Source: Balanoglossus misakiensis
Lineage: Eukaryota; Animalia; Hemichordata
DNA length: 64,000 bases
Assembly: GCA_040954595.2 (NCBI GenBank)
Contig: CM082579.2
Span: 3,461,227 to 3,525,226, forward strand
Direction of reading: 5' to 3'
Made by a program: the position numbers and the translations under genes. Shown one piece after another: positions 1-12,725 of this stretch; the stretch's first letter is position 1, and each line of letters begins with the position of its first letter. The notes under the pieces are model-generated. The model saw only the letters and a list, made by a program, of their open reading frames with translations, was not told where the DNA came from and ran no database searches.

Positions 1-153
1 AATTACAATAGGAGCAATGGCGTGGTGTACGAGTTGTACACACAGTTCTGTGGGAATTTCATCAACTCCATGTTGACTTGGGCTTTTGACGACAGTGAAT
101 ATGTCCAACGTTACAATAACACGGCTTACCATGCTCCATTAAGTTGGACTTAG
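1..153 (+). CDS. Possible C-terminal exon of an upstream gene (truncated by window edge), product unknown
   Basis: Frame 1 is open from base 1 to TAG at 151-153 (NYNRSNGVVYELYTQFCGNFINSMLTWAFDDSEYVQRYNNTAYHAPLSWT*) with protein-like composition, followed by AT-rich UTR-like sequence. No family recognised. Confidence 0.25.
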   Translation, partial: NYNRSNGVVYELYTQFCGNFINSMLTWAFDDSEYVQRYNNTAYHAPLSWT

Positions 154-2772
154 ATAGGCTCGGGGTATATGGCAGATGAAACTCCAATCAAAGCCAGATA
201 TTTTTACGAAAACATATCAAGAAGCGAAACCGCTATGAAAAAACGCCACGGGTGTATTATCTCTATTTCTTGTGTTGTGATTAATTTTGATGTCATTTAA
301 GGTTTTAAAATGACTGACTGTAATATCTATCAAAATCAATTACAGGTACGTATTAAATTCAAGTGGTATACTATCTACGGTGTATGTTGCGAAATACTTC
401 GATGTCGCACGTTTGGAAATATGCCAAACTCTACCGGTGAGATTTTAGCGTTGACATCATTAGTAATTGCAAGAAGGGATCTGAAAATTCTACCAAAGAA
501 GACACAAACTGACGCAACTTAACGTTCTGTTTTCTGTAACTTTTGGCTATAGTTTCAGTATTTTAAATTCAATTCAAGTTTTAATTCCTTGGAATTTCGA
601 CCAGGAAGAAAGTCTGTTTCGTTTCAGCATAACGAAAGTGCCAATGAATGCAATCATATTCTAATATTAAACGCTATCATTCTTATCACGACTGTACTAA
701 ATGTGAAATTGTGTTACATAAACGCCAGAATACATAAGAAAGGTCAATAAGACAGATAGCAGGATACGAGCGATTAATACATAATTAACAATATTATGAT
801 ATGCAAGATTCCGTAAAAATTTTTTTTTATCTGTTTCTCAAGTATCATGCTCCGGTTATGATATGCAGGGGTCATTAGCCATGTGATCGCATTTTCGAAT
901 CGATCGATATTTACTCGCTGATGTCAGAGCTTGAAAGAAAATGCGTACAAGAGTCGCGTGACACGCCGCATTCTGCACGTCCATTTGACAGCACAGGTGA
1001 CGCGAGCGCAAACGCCAAATGGCCGGAGGGATCCCCGTCGAGGTTGTCTACCGTCTCCACGACATGACGACGAAACTATATCGCTCGATTACCAGTAGTA
1101 AAATTTGTCAGGCTTGACTAACGAGGCCCATTAGCCGTGGAACTGATTTCTGTGACGTGACTGTCTACGTCATCCGCACTTTTCATTTTGTTTCTTTTTC
1201 TCTCATGTGTTCCATGACCCGCGGCGTACCGGCGTACCTGCACCAGTGTTTTCGAATCTCTGTGCCACCAAGGTACACGCTACTATTTACTGTTTATTTT
1301 CTGTACGTTAAGGTCAACCGACTCTTATTCACCCCAAAGTAAAGAGAAATCACGTGAATGTATCAAAACATCGTAGTGTAAGTTAAAATTATTTTAAACG
1401 CTCAGTTGAACACTTCTCATAGTTAATGATAGAAAAATTGACCAGTCATATCTCTAAGCATCCTCTCTTTTTCACTTTCAAGATGAGACACATTCGACAT
1501 TGTCTGCCGCTGGTTCAGTCATGCATTTTCCATACATGTTTGACTATCAGAATAACGACTTTCTATTTCTGGACGGGAAATAGCCTATACATGATCGGAA
1601 ATGAAACGACCATTCAATCAGCCGTTCGTCGTAATATGCATTTCTTTGCCTTCAAATTGGGACCATGATCCTGAGTATAGAATTATGCATACCGGAATTT
1701 CCGGAAACGTTCGGATAAAACTCGGATGTAATCGGGTTTTTCTTAAGTTTACGTGTATTTCTGAGTGATGGGCGTTCGAAAATAAAGTTAAAAGGGCCTT
1801 CATTGACGCGCTGCGCACCTGTGATCAAAAGACTAAAACTCCTGCGACTGTTTCTCTCTTTCCACCAGATGGAAATCAGAGGTTTATTTTTATACTAAAT
1901 GCTATTTTCAGACGCCATGCGATCCAAGCAGTGATGGCATGTTTGCAGTTAATCTGTGACTGGGCTTTGATGCATTCTGAAAGGCCGCCTAGGACATACG
2001 CGGAGGCTACATGTAATCCAGCCATTTATCAGGCATATATTCTAATTCCACCGTTGTTCAATTAAACAATAGAATTCACAGACAGACCACCTGTGTTAGC
2101 CAGACATGGACGTGTACAGCAACCTTCGATGGTGCGGCGCTTTTACGCCGATTTTATTGGCGATATGACTGAGACATATCCAAAGCGACCCCGATGCCCC
2201 TCTCCCCTTGGTAACGAACACTGCCAGACATATGTTATCTTTTTAAAAAAATCCCTTGTAGTTGGAAATTCCCCCGACTAAGGTAGAGGTCATCCTACGT
2301 ATCTGAATTAATGAAACGGTGTCACCCGGATACGATGAGGTATCCGAATATAATTAATATGATTTGAATCTCCGCAGAATTCCGTTCCGATGACTTGCTG
2401 AATGATGATACTATTATAAGTGGCCTATAAAGACATACTACCAGTATCGTTCAAATATCTCTAACCTTTAAACTGCACGCATGCAGATATTACAGAAATT
2501 GGACAGGTCCTGCATTGAACTATGTATCGAAACTAAAATGAGAATGACGCAAACACCGCGCGTGCGTATTGACTGAATTTGTGTGATCCCCGACGATCGA
2601 ACCGTGTCTGTCCGAACGTCACGTCGAGATGTGATGCAGATACTAAGCGCTTCCCGATTCTAGTGGAGAGTCTGCCAGACAATTTAAACTCGTAAAAGAC
2701 CACTTGGTTGCATAAACTCGTCAAAGTTTACTGCTTCGAACCGTACTTTTGGCAATCTACGTTGCCATAACC

Positions 2773-5700
2773 ATGGAAGTAGGAATGCCGTAACGTAGGC
2801 CTACTTAAGAAAAGATACACACGTCGTTCGTCAGTCAGCTGTGGTTGTCTAGCACACAGCATAATCGGCGTAGATAAACTATATATTAATTTGACCGGGT
2901 AAGAGTACTCACTTCGGTCGCCACAGTTTCATTTTGTGACTGCATGTAAAATAAAACAAGACAAGACAAACATATTATTAGTATTAATATTATTGTTGTC
3001 GTCGTCGTCAACTCAACATTCCACCATTCACATGACTGTGTTTTTCTCCAATCTTTCCCAGGCCCAAGAGTGTGTCCATTTCAGGAAGGGATCATCAGTG
3101 AAGATCAACGGAAGCAACGTTAGCTACCATCGCCAAGCCGAGCCCGATGAAGAGAGCCAGACATACAAGTTGAACGGAAGTGACGCAGTCGAAGAGAAGG
3201 AAGGTGAAGGCGGAGAGCGAGCGAGCTGGGGTCGCAAGGCGGAGTTCATTTGTTCTTGTCTGGGATACGCGGTTGGACTCGGTAACTTGTGGCGATTCCC
3301 TTACCTGTGCTATAGCAATGGAGGTGGTAAGTCCGCTGTTTCACTTACATTTGACGATAGATAACTGATTCAATATTGGGGAGAAAGGGGGGCAGGATGA
3401 ACACAACCTGATGCATGATCCTGAATAATTTTTCAATCAGTCGTCCGCGCACCATTGTTTATTCTGGCACCTGTGTACTCTAATATGCAGATTGGACTTT
3501 CTTTCCATTTCAGGGGCGTTCTTACTGCCGTATGGCATCATGCTCCTCTTCGTGGGCATGCCGGTGTTTTTCCTCGAATTGACGTTGGGACAGTACGCCA
3601 GCCAGGGATGTGTCGGGGTCTGGAAGTGCTGCCCGCTCTTCAAAGGTAAGACTGTCGCTCACTAAACGAAGAGCGCACTTCAAAAATTAGCCAATATTCC
3701 CATACATTTTGTAGTCCAGACAGAAATGTCAGAAGTATGGAGAAAATCTGCGTCGGAAAGCAGATAGAAGTATTTTCGGCGGGATTTGGAAGACTCTGAC
3801 ATTGTTCGTAGTCAAGACAATGATATATTTTCACATTTCAGGTCTTGGTTATGGGATGGTCAGTCTCAGCGGACTGATATCAATATACTACAATGTCATC
3901 ATGTGCTGGGCAGTGTTCTATTTTGTGGCCTCGTTCACGGACATGCCAAGTCTGCCATGGGTGGGGTGTAACAACTACTGGAACACAGTGAATTGCTTTG
4001 ACGATAGGGACATCAATGCTACGTTGCCAGGCAACGGGTCCAACATCAGTGTGGTCAGTGCCAGCGAGGAATACTACAGGTATGTCTCTAGACCCCATGT
4101 AGTTTATGGTACCTAAGAAAGTGTCATTTCGGTCTCATCTATTTCAAACAATCTTTGTTTCTATTTTCTTTGCAATTGCGGTGATGTGTTTCTCTCTTGC
4201 ATTTTCAATGCAGTAAGTATGTGCTGAACACTTCCAGTGGTATTGAAGAAACTGGGTCGCTTCGTTGGCATCTGACGTTATGTCTACTGTTTGCCTGGAC
4301 CTTCGGTTTCTGTGCTCTTGTCCGAGGTGTCAAATCGATCGGCAAAGTAAGTTATCAAATAACCTTTTCATTCTGTTCTTCTGTCCCTCCTGTCTGTCTG
4401 TCGCGGTCATAGATGATTAATTGCTGTTGACTTTTACCACTTTTATTTTCCGCCCATTGAGTGCCGACACCTGAAACCAAAGCGCGTGGCAACGCAGATA
4501 ATCGGTCGATTGTTGGGCGGACTGACCTGCCCGACACCTGCATGCCTGATTACGCACTCAACAGAATCCTGTCTTGTTCGAAATATTAAATGGGATTTGT
4601 GCGATCATCAGAGAGAGAAAAATTAATAATGAGCAAATCATGTAATTTTCTTTGAATTGCAACCGCCGAATTCAGTACGCCTCTGTTAATCGACATTATT
4701 TTCCCCAAATCACACCCGCAGGTCGTGTATTTTACCGCCATATTTCCCTACGTGGTCTTGATCATTCTATTCTTCCGAGGTGTGACGTTGCCAGGTGCTG
4801 GGGAAGGGATCAAATTCTACATGCAAGCTGATTGGTCGGCCCTCAAGAATGCCCGGGTGAGTGTACAATGAGCTCCTTGTGGTGTTGGAGCTCGAACACC
4901 CGGAGCTCAAGCAACAAAAGCAATGAAACGATCCCACGGTGGATGAAGTGTCAACAAGTAAACAAATCAGTTGTTCCTCTTTCAGGGTTTTTCATATCAC
5001 CGGCAATCGAGACTTTTCTCTTCTCAATATGTGAGCTCGTAATGTAGGTCACGATGTGCAAGCGTTTTAAAAGTCTGACATTCCAGCATTTCCTCATTTA
5101 CAATATTTGTTTGTAAATTACCGTTTTTTTTACACTTCAGGTGTGGAAAGATGCAGCAGCCCAGATATTCTTCTCACTGAGCGCTGCCAACGGTGGACTA
5201 CATGTGGTGTCCAGCTACAATAAATTCAAAAACAACGTCTACATGTAAGGACGTGTACATGATATCGACAAAGCATCATCAACCAACGCCATTATGTTCA
5301 AAACAGAACGATGAAGCGAAGTGGAATCTCACTCAACTGAAAATAGAAATAAATCTACACTTCATCGAGTTCCTTTTTTTAGAATAATGATTTCCTGTTT
5401 ATCTCGTGTAAAGAAGCGTGTGCGGGCGTAGCGACACCTGGCATAATTAGTCATGAAAACGTTCACCTTTGCAGTGTTCCCAGCCAATTAGTGGAATCCG
5501 CTGTTACATCTTGAGAGACACCTCCTACCTCCACGACTGACTTGTATTCTTTTCTTTTCTTTGTAGGGACGCCATTATTATTCCTCTGTTGAATTGTGGT
5601 ACCAGCGTGTTTGCAGGCTTCGCTATATTCGCTATTCTTGGTTTCATGGCGCACGAAACTGGCAAAGAAGTTTCAGAAGTTGCCTCTTCGGGTGTGTATT

Positions 5701-8016
5701 CGATTCTTATTTGTCAAAGTAGTGCGCCCCTCGGGAACATCATATTGAAAACAATTAATAAATCTAACAACTGCTTGTTTTTTTAATACAAATATTGTTA
5801 TATATTTTTCAGGTGTGGGTTTAGCCTTTATTGCCTATCCCGAGGCTTTGTCCCGAATGCCAGGAGCGCCATTTTGGGCCATTCTCTTCTTTTTAATGCT
5901 GATCACCCTTGGACTCGGGTCATTGGTGAGTGAGAGTATATTGCCCTCTACAGGTGCAAGTCAGATCATGTCCTCGCTTCCGACATGTTCACGAACCATT
6001 TCGTTTCACTATACCCACATTCATTCGTCATAGTACATTTACCCATAATTGGTTTCTTTAAATAGCCATTTGCCTACTATGCACGACTAATAATAACATT
6101 TGAAACAACACGACGATTCAAAACATGCGCAGTTATGACCCTTGTGAAGTTTTCTTTCGGAATTTCTCCCCACGTTTCCAATTTAATTGCTTATTATTCA
6201 TTTCAGGTGGTCTTGGTTGAAACAATAATTACTTCGATTCGAGACGACTTCCCAATTGTAACCAAATGGATAAAGGGTCATTCGTGGCTTCTCCCCTTTG
6301 CCGTCTGTCTGCTGCTTTTCATACTTGGTCTTCCACACGTCACAGAGGTAAAACTTTTTACATTTTCTCTGAATATCACCGATTTCGGTGACGCGTCAAC
6401 AATAACCAGTGACGTCATCCGTCTGCTTCGCGCATGAACACCTGTCGCGTCACAGTGCTACTTTCAGACCCACACCAGACTTTGTACAACTTTTAACCGT
6501 CTGCTGCTCTGTTACCTTCCAGGGCGGACTCTATTGGCTGGTACTTCAAGATGCGTACGCAGCCGCTTTGTCGATGCTTATTCTCGGTCTGACGGAACTT
6601 CTGGTCATCACATATCTCTATGGTAAGTTAGGCAATTGTCGAATCAGTAAACATCATTTGTGTGCAGATAAACTTGTTTTTCCTCTGCCAATTGCTAGCT
6701 GTCGATAATATTATCCATTTTATTGAATCATATTTTCTGTTTTTTCCCACTATAGGATACAGAAACTTGCTTTCCAACTTATACGACATGATTGGTAAAG
6801 GAACGCAGACGTTTCGATTCATGGTTTTTGCAACTGTCATCGTCCCAATGTTCATTGCGCCATTTCTTGTAATGGTAGGTCACCATTGTATATATTCGCA
6901 ATTTCACAGACTCTATGCTTAACTATGCTTATTTATAGACCATTTAGTACCAGTACCTTTAACACACACCTCTGTGAACCAACACACTATTTTTGCCATA
7001 CGTTGGTCAGTTCCAGCACAGATACATGCAGTTAAATTTTTAGCATATAATTTCAGAGCTATTTATAATCAATGTATTTATTTGCTTAATTTACTATCAA
7101 CTTTACAGTTCGTCCTCATTTACTACATCTACGATTATAAACCACTGACGGTTGGGGATTACACGTATCCAAGGTGGGCTGAACCTGGATTGGCCTGGAT
7201 GATGACGCTGGGATCCAGTGGCTTGATCATTGTCTACATGCCCTATCACTTGATTTATAAGGAGGAGGGAACATTCTTCGAGGTATGTAACGTGTTCGAT
7301 GACATCAGTTATAGAGGCAGGGATCACAGAGTGACCCGTTGATTCTTAATTACGTTGACAGGTGTAACAAGCATTGAAGCTAGTATTTGGTAAAAAGTGA
7401 AAACCCAGACATGCTGTTGTAATTTCTTTCGGCAAACCCCAGGAGTCAATGAATGCTCCTTCTGACTGATTACGAATACCAAGAATAACGTGGGGAGAAA
7501 GCGAACGAGTCGCTACCTACATCTGATTTTACTCGGCCTGTGTTGGACACGTTTTGACTCGGCCTAATAGGTTTCCATCTCCCCGAACAGCGCTTGAAGA
7601 ATTCCGTCAAGCCGAGGAAAGACTGGGGTCCCCTGAAGGATGTCGATCGCAAGTCACGTGATACAGGGTACGACCAATTGGAACCGGCCGAGCAGGAGAC
7701 TCAACTGGAGACATTGAAACAAGGACTGGAACACAAAAACTTGGACGCCGTGAGGAACGGACCGGACTTCTCGTACACTCTGCAGAATCAAAGTTTCGAC
7801 GACAGTTGCGGTGATGGTGCTGGGGTTGGCGATGGGGCTGGTGCGGAAATACCGCCACCAACGTACGGACAGGTGCAATCGGGCATGTATGATCAGAATG
7901 GGGAGAAGTTCAGATTCGGAGAAGTAACGCCAAGCCACTGCGAGACGGGTCTGTCTCAAGACCAACGTATAGATGTGGATGGAGATTCGGATCCAGATAG
8001 GGAGACGAAAGTGTGA
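2773..8016 (+). CDS. SLC6 (neurotransmitter:sodium symporter) amino-acid transporter, GlyT2/PROT/ATB0,+-like; ~14 coding exons
   Basis: Spliced GT-AG exons 2773-2778 (ME, inferred start), 3062-3326, 3514-3645, 3842-4079, 4214-4346, 4722-4856, 5141-5244, 5567-5691, 5813-5925, 6207-6347, 6523-6622, 6756-6874, 7109-7282, 7591-8016 join in frame. SLC6 motifs present: [95 protein letters not shown]. Confidence 0.93.
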
Positions 8017-9930
8017 AACAGAGTCATATTTATTTCTATTAAGATTTGTTTTATTTTAATTTATTTTTTGTTTTTGTTTTGACAATTGTCTTCAACAGGG
8101 TTACAGTTACTTTCCTTTTTCAACATTTGACATCAAGAATGAGTGAGCTGCATTGTGTGCCAAAACGACTTAACATTGTAAAGGGAGGGCCGTTTGATGT
8201 CTGGGAGACTTACTGTATACACGGTCGCCTATTGAGAGTGTCGAAGGACTAAGGGTCAATCTCTATGAACAGAAAGTTACCCTTCCAATTGTGCTAAACG
8301 GTGAAAACAATTAATCAAGACTTAAATTTAAAAGAGATATGTCGACCAACCAAAAGAATTAGAATGACACCGTTCTTCCAGTCCCTCCCTCCCACAACTA
8401 AATGGTTCTGCCCTGAAATATGTTAATTTGACGTGAATCGTGAAATGTACGTAATTAAACATGTATACTAGGATATTGTGAATGTAGTTTGACCGCCAAG
8501 TTATAAACCACCAAAAAGCTCCATGGCTCCACCATATCGCTGACATTTACAATCATTCGATAATTTACATTTGGCGTTTGAAATATTCCTCGCGGCTCAG
8601 AAAATATACTATTGACACAACCGAAATCCGGTACAACATGACTGCCTGGTATAATAGTTGCCAGGCAACTATTTTACCCAGAAATTCCGACAAACGGAGC
8701 AGCGGCAGAAAATAGACCTGAATGCTTCAATAGAGCTTGATTTTGGATTTTAGTACTACGCCATCGGCGGTCAGCAATGCAACTTTTCGACCAATGCACC
8801 GACCATTGTCTCTCGACAAATGGTCACATGTCACAGGGTCGATTTCGGACCAAGCAATGCAACTACATTGTATAATGATCGATCGCAGTGTTGACCCTCC
8901 CCTCGTGGTCGCAAAGAAATCCCTAAAATGGATCGGATTGTTGGAAACAAGATAACTCGGCAGTGGGGAGGGAGGTTTTTACCTTGATTTATAGATGCGA
9001 TAGCGCGCATGTGCAGAGACACCCTGTCCGCACGTCTGCGAACGTCTGCTTGATATGACAAGTCTGTAGCTTGATTCTGTTTAAATTTTGCATCGCGGCA
9101 CAATTCTCCCCAACATTTGATACCCGATGTATTCTTTTCAATCGTGTCTAGCACATTCCAATGCAAATGGTATAAGGGTGTTTATTGCCAAAATAAAACG
9201 GAAAAAAATGTACAAAAAAATTAAAACATAAAAAAAAATATGGTTTAGGAAACAAACATAAACAAAGGGAATGGTAGAAAAATACTTTGCGTTAAAATGT
9301 CTAAATATTTATTTATTCGAGTTTCAGAATTGTTTAAAATATGTCAGAGGGTTTTTCCTTTAATATTGCAGCACGTCCAACATCCGGATTCCGAACCTTC
9401 AAGCCGTGCAGCAAAATGCAGCTGCAACTGTCTTTCCTTGGGTTAAGTACGATAGTTAGTTTGAGTTTTTTTTGGGATAACTTAGGCGTTGGCTGTAAAT
9501 AGTTTCGCCGCCGTTAGAGTTAGCTGGACCATTCTTGGAAACGGTTGTGATTTGAAGTAAATGAAGTGAATGTGACCGTTTGGTGAGGTTTGTGTGTGTG
9601 AGAGAAAACGTAGATTTCTAGCATAGAGGTCGTATTGTCAAATAGACACAAACTTCGAAAGTGGGTTTATTAGCGTAAACGTGATTACCTCTACGTCAGG
9701 ACAATTTGCTCCTGAAGCAATCTGATTGCAGCGTTATCGTACGAGTGGCATGTCCGTTATTTCGTGATTTTCGTTATTATTATATTGTTGTTGATGATGT
9801 TGTTGTTGTTTTCATTTGTTTCTTTAAGACGAGTTCTTTTCGGCGCTGGTCGTGTGAGGCGCTGTACGTCACATGCAAAATGGGAATATTGTGTGACCTC
9901 CTGACCTCGTGATACCAGTCTAAAGTAAAT

Positions 9931-9959
9931 CATAGACAGTAGAGGGGGGACTGTCTATG
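9931..9959. mobile_element. Ultra-short inverted-repeat element (transposon footprint/mini-MITE) with 7-bp target-site duplication
   Basis: CATAGACAGT-agagggggg-ACTGTCTATG is a perfect 10-bp inverted repeat, flanked on both sides by AGTAAAT (9924-9930 and 9960-9966). Confidence 0.5.
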
Positions 9960-11238
9960 AGTAAATCTAGTCAAAACTATTGCCTGTCTAAATAATTTCT
10001 TTTTGAAACGTTGCCAATGAGGCAATTTCTGTCAGATTGTCGTGTGTCCTTTAACGCCCATGTGCGTTATAAACCTATATTCCTGAGTGCCCTTCTTTCA
10101 AAACACATACGCACGTGTTGTGAAAAAAGTAAATATATTTATTCGCTGTGTGAACAAAAGCAAAACAGCATATTTAAGCAAGATACATGCCCAGTGTGAT
10201 AAGAAAAAGATATTCGTGTTCTTAGGGAGAAAACTTGTATAACAAGGACGTGTGATATTACCGTGTTTTCTCCCAGAATCCCTCACTTCCACTTCCATAT
10301 AACCACTTCCGTATTGAAATGAAATTCCCAACGCAAGAAAACCATGGCAACACACCCCATTGTCTGGGAAACGTCAAAAGTGTGTCATAAATACTATAGT
10401 GTGTATATATATACTGTTTGAGAGTTTAAAATTTATATTTATTTTTGATGGCCGTTACAAATGTTGTGTTATTGCAATGGTCAACGTGTGTTCCTTAGGC
10501 ATTAAAATCAAACGTTGCTTTGTTTTGAGGTCTTTGTGTTCCTGAACTTTGCATTGCATGAAAAACAATTGAACAGGGTAAAAAAATCTTCAATGTTAAT
10601 GGAACAGTGGTATTAATAGTTGGTGCCAGTGGGAATTCGTAAATTCTAATCACGTGTTCATCAATGCAATCAATACTGAAACTGTGTGAGTTTGATCAGA
10701 AATTATGTATACATTGAGGTGATTTTTATTTGGTATTATCATGTCTTAAAATTTGAAAAGAAGCGCCCCAGTGCGTCTCATACAACTGATTACATGCACT
10801 ATGAAATTTAGCATAGTGGGTTTGTTAGCAAATGATAGATTGTAGGTACCACTGAAAAAAGTCAAATCATGTAATGTTTATTTATACCGTGTTGTGCGTG
10901 TGTGATGAACATGATGCGAATTCCTATTTTGCTAGTTAACTAAGATGTGCGTATTCGGCATCTTCGCAGAAACTAAAACGTGGAATTATTACTTTCGAGA
11001 ATCCTGCAGAACTTTACTCAAAACAGCGACACCTGCGACAATTATTCGATTTCTTTCTTTTTATATCTGGATGCATGTCTTTCATATGACTATCACGACG
11101 AAACTATGGCTGTAATCTGTAAACTAAACAATGGTGGCAACTTTCTTTTCGCCAATAAAATTATACTTTGAAGTGACGTTGGTTTCTTCTTTTTCTTGTT
11201 ACTGGTAGGATCTCCCAAATTACGACTTAAAGTTAGAT

Positions 11239-11260
11239 GTGACGTCACATGTGACGTCAC
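11239..11260. promoter_or_regulatory. Perfect 22-bp palindrome with two full CRE sites (TGACGTCA) around a CACATG E-box
   Basis: GTGACGTCACATGTGACGTCAC, about 1.5 kb upstream of the TRIM start at 12726. Confidence 0.4.
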
Positions 11261-12236
11261 GTGTAAATATTTCACCAGGCACTAATTTTTACGTATTCTT
11301 GTGTGTGGCACTTTACATTTTGATTTTGACAATATTTTGGTTATTTTTCTCTCACGGGATAATTTGCTTATCTTTCTATGTTTATTAACTGCGACATGAA
11401 TCTTCGATTGTTACAGCTCAATTTACACCCTCCATGGTACCAGTTGTTCGTTGACTTCAAATAGTGTCAGAGGAGTATTTACATGTTGTGTCTACAAGAG
11501 ATATCGCACTGCAGCTTATACAACAATCTTTACAATGCCTATCAGTTATCTCGAACAACCGATGTCAGTTTATTTCTATATGGCGCTACATCAAGTTCCA
11601 TTGCTGTAGTTCTCATCAAAAGCGTTTTCAGAAAACTGTTTCGGTAGTGTAGGTTGATATCAGAGCGTAAAGCTTCATTTAAATTTTGTGTAATCGGTTG
11701 GTACTTGTGGAACCTCAAAATGAATTATGGGATAGTCGAAGTTTTGACGTGATAACAATTCGTTTTTGTTTACTTTCGTGTTCCATGGGAGCGTCGCATT
11801 TGTGGACAGGGCAACCGATAAGCGGGGTTATGAACGTCAGAGGTCGAGCAATTATGACGCGCAAGCGATGGTGTTTTTCCGGCAACTGCCGGCTATCCAT
11901 GTGAACTTTTATAAGCTCTTATCCTGTGCTCGAATGTGGACCTTGGAACACTGATAATAAAAAAAGTGGTGTGGCGTTACAAGTAGGTTCTTTTATACAT
12001 GGTAATTTTGCGACGGAAGAAGGAAGTCCTACACAGACAAAATTCTTTTCTGGCACGAAGAAACAATATTATTCTATACTTCAGGTTAAGAAACATCAAA
12101 GAGTTACAATCTTTGACAGAACTAAAAATGTAATTTTCAATCAAAACACTTTCATATCGGAAGTGGGGATTCAGAGTAACAAAATTTGTTTCTCCCTGGC
12201 GATATGCAACTTACAGGACTATTTTGTCAATATTTG

Positions 12237-12237
12237 A

Positions 12238-12332
<95 letters not shown>

Positions 12333-12334
12333 AT
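12237..12334. repeat. (ATAA)n tetranucleotide microsatellite
   Basis: About 24 uninterrupted ATAA units. Confidence 0.97.
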
Positions 12335-12725
12335 AGAATTTAGATTTCTTCTTTCAATGTCTATCCAGTAGGTTACTGCTGAATGATGTGATGTTCTTAT
12401 TTTTAGAGAAGACCAGTTGCAGTTGACGTAATTGGCTTCATTTTTGCTTGTGTTGACATTCGTCGTCTGTGTCCACGTGTCAGCACTGTGATTTATCAGG
12501 GTAGGCGGAAAATTATTTTTAGCTTGTTTAATCTGTACACACAATGGAAATGAAACCATAGTAAGTCAGAAGTGGTGCTTGTGACCGGGACTGAGAAACC
12601 CCGAACCCAGGGCCTGCTGCTACGTGACTTTCCGCGGAGTTGCTGATAATTTTCGATTGGTCACCGGCGGAACGTTGAGTGCCTGTCAGGGGTTATCTGT
12701 CTCAGTGCCTCACTTCAGCATTAAT

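Noticed and set aside
12227-12559. ORF with (YLFI)n hydrophobic repeat
   Set aside because: Translation of the (ATAA)n microsatellite.
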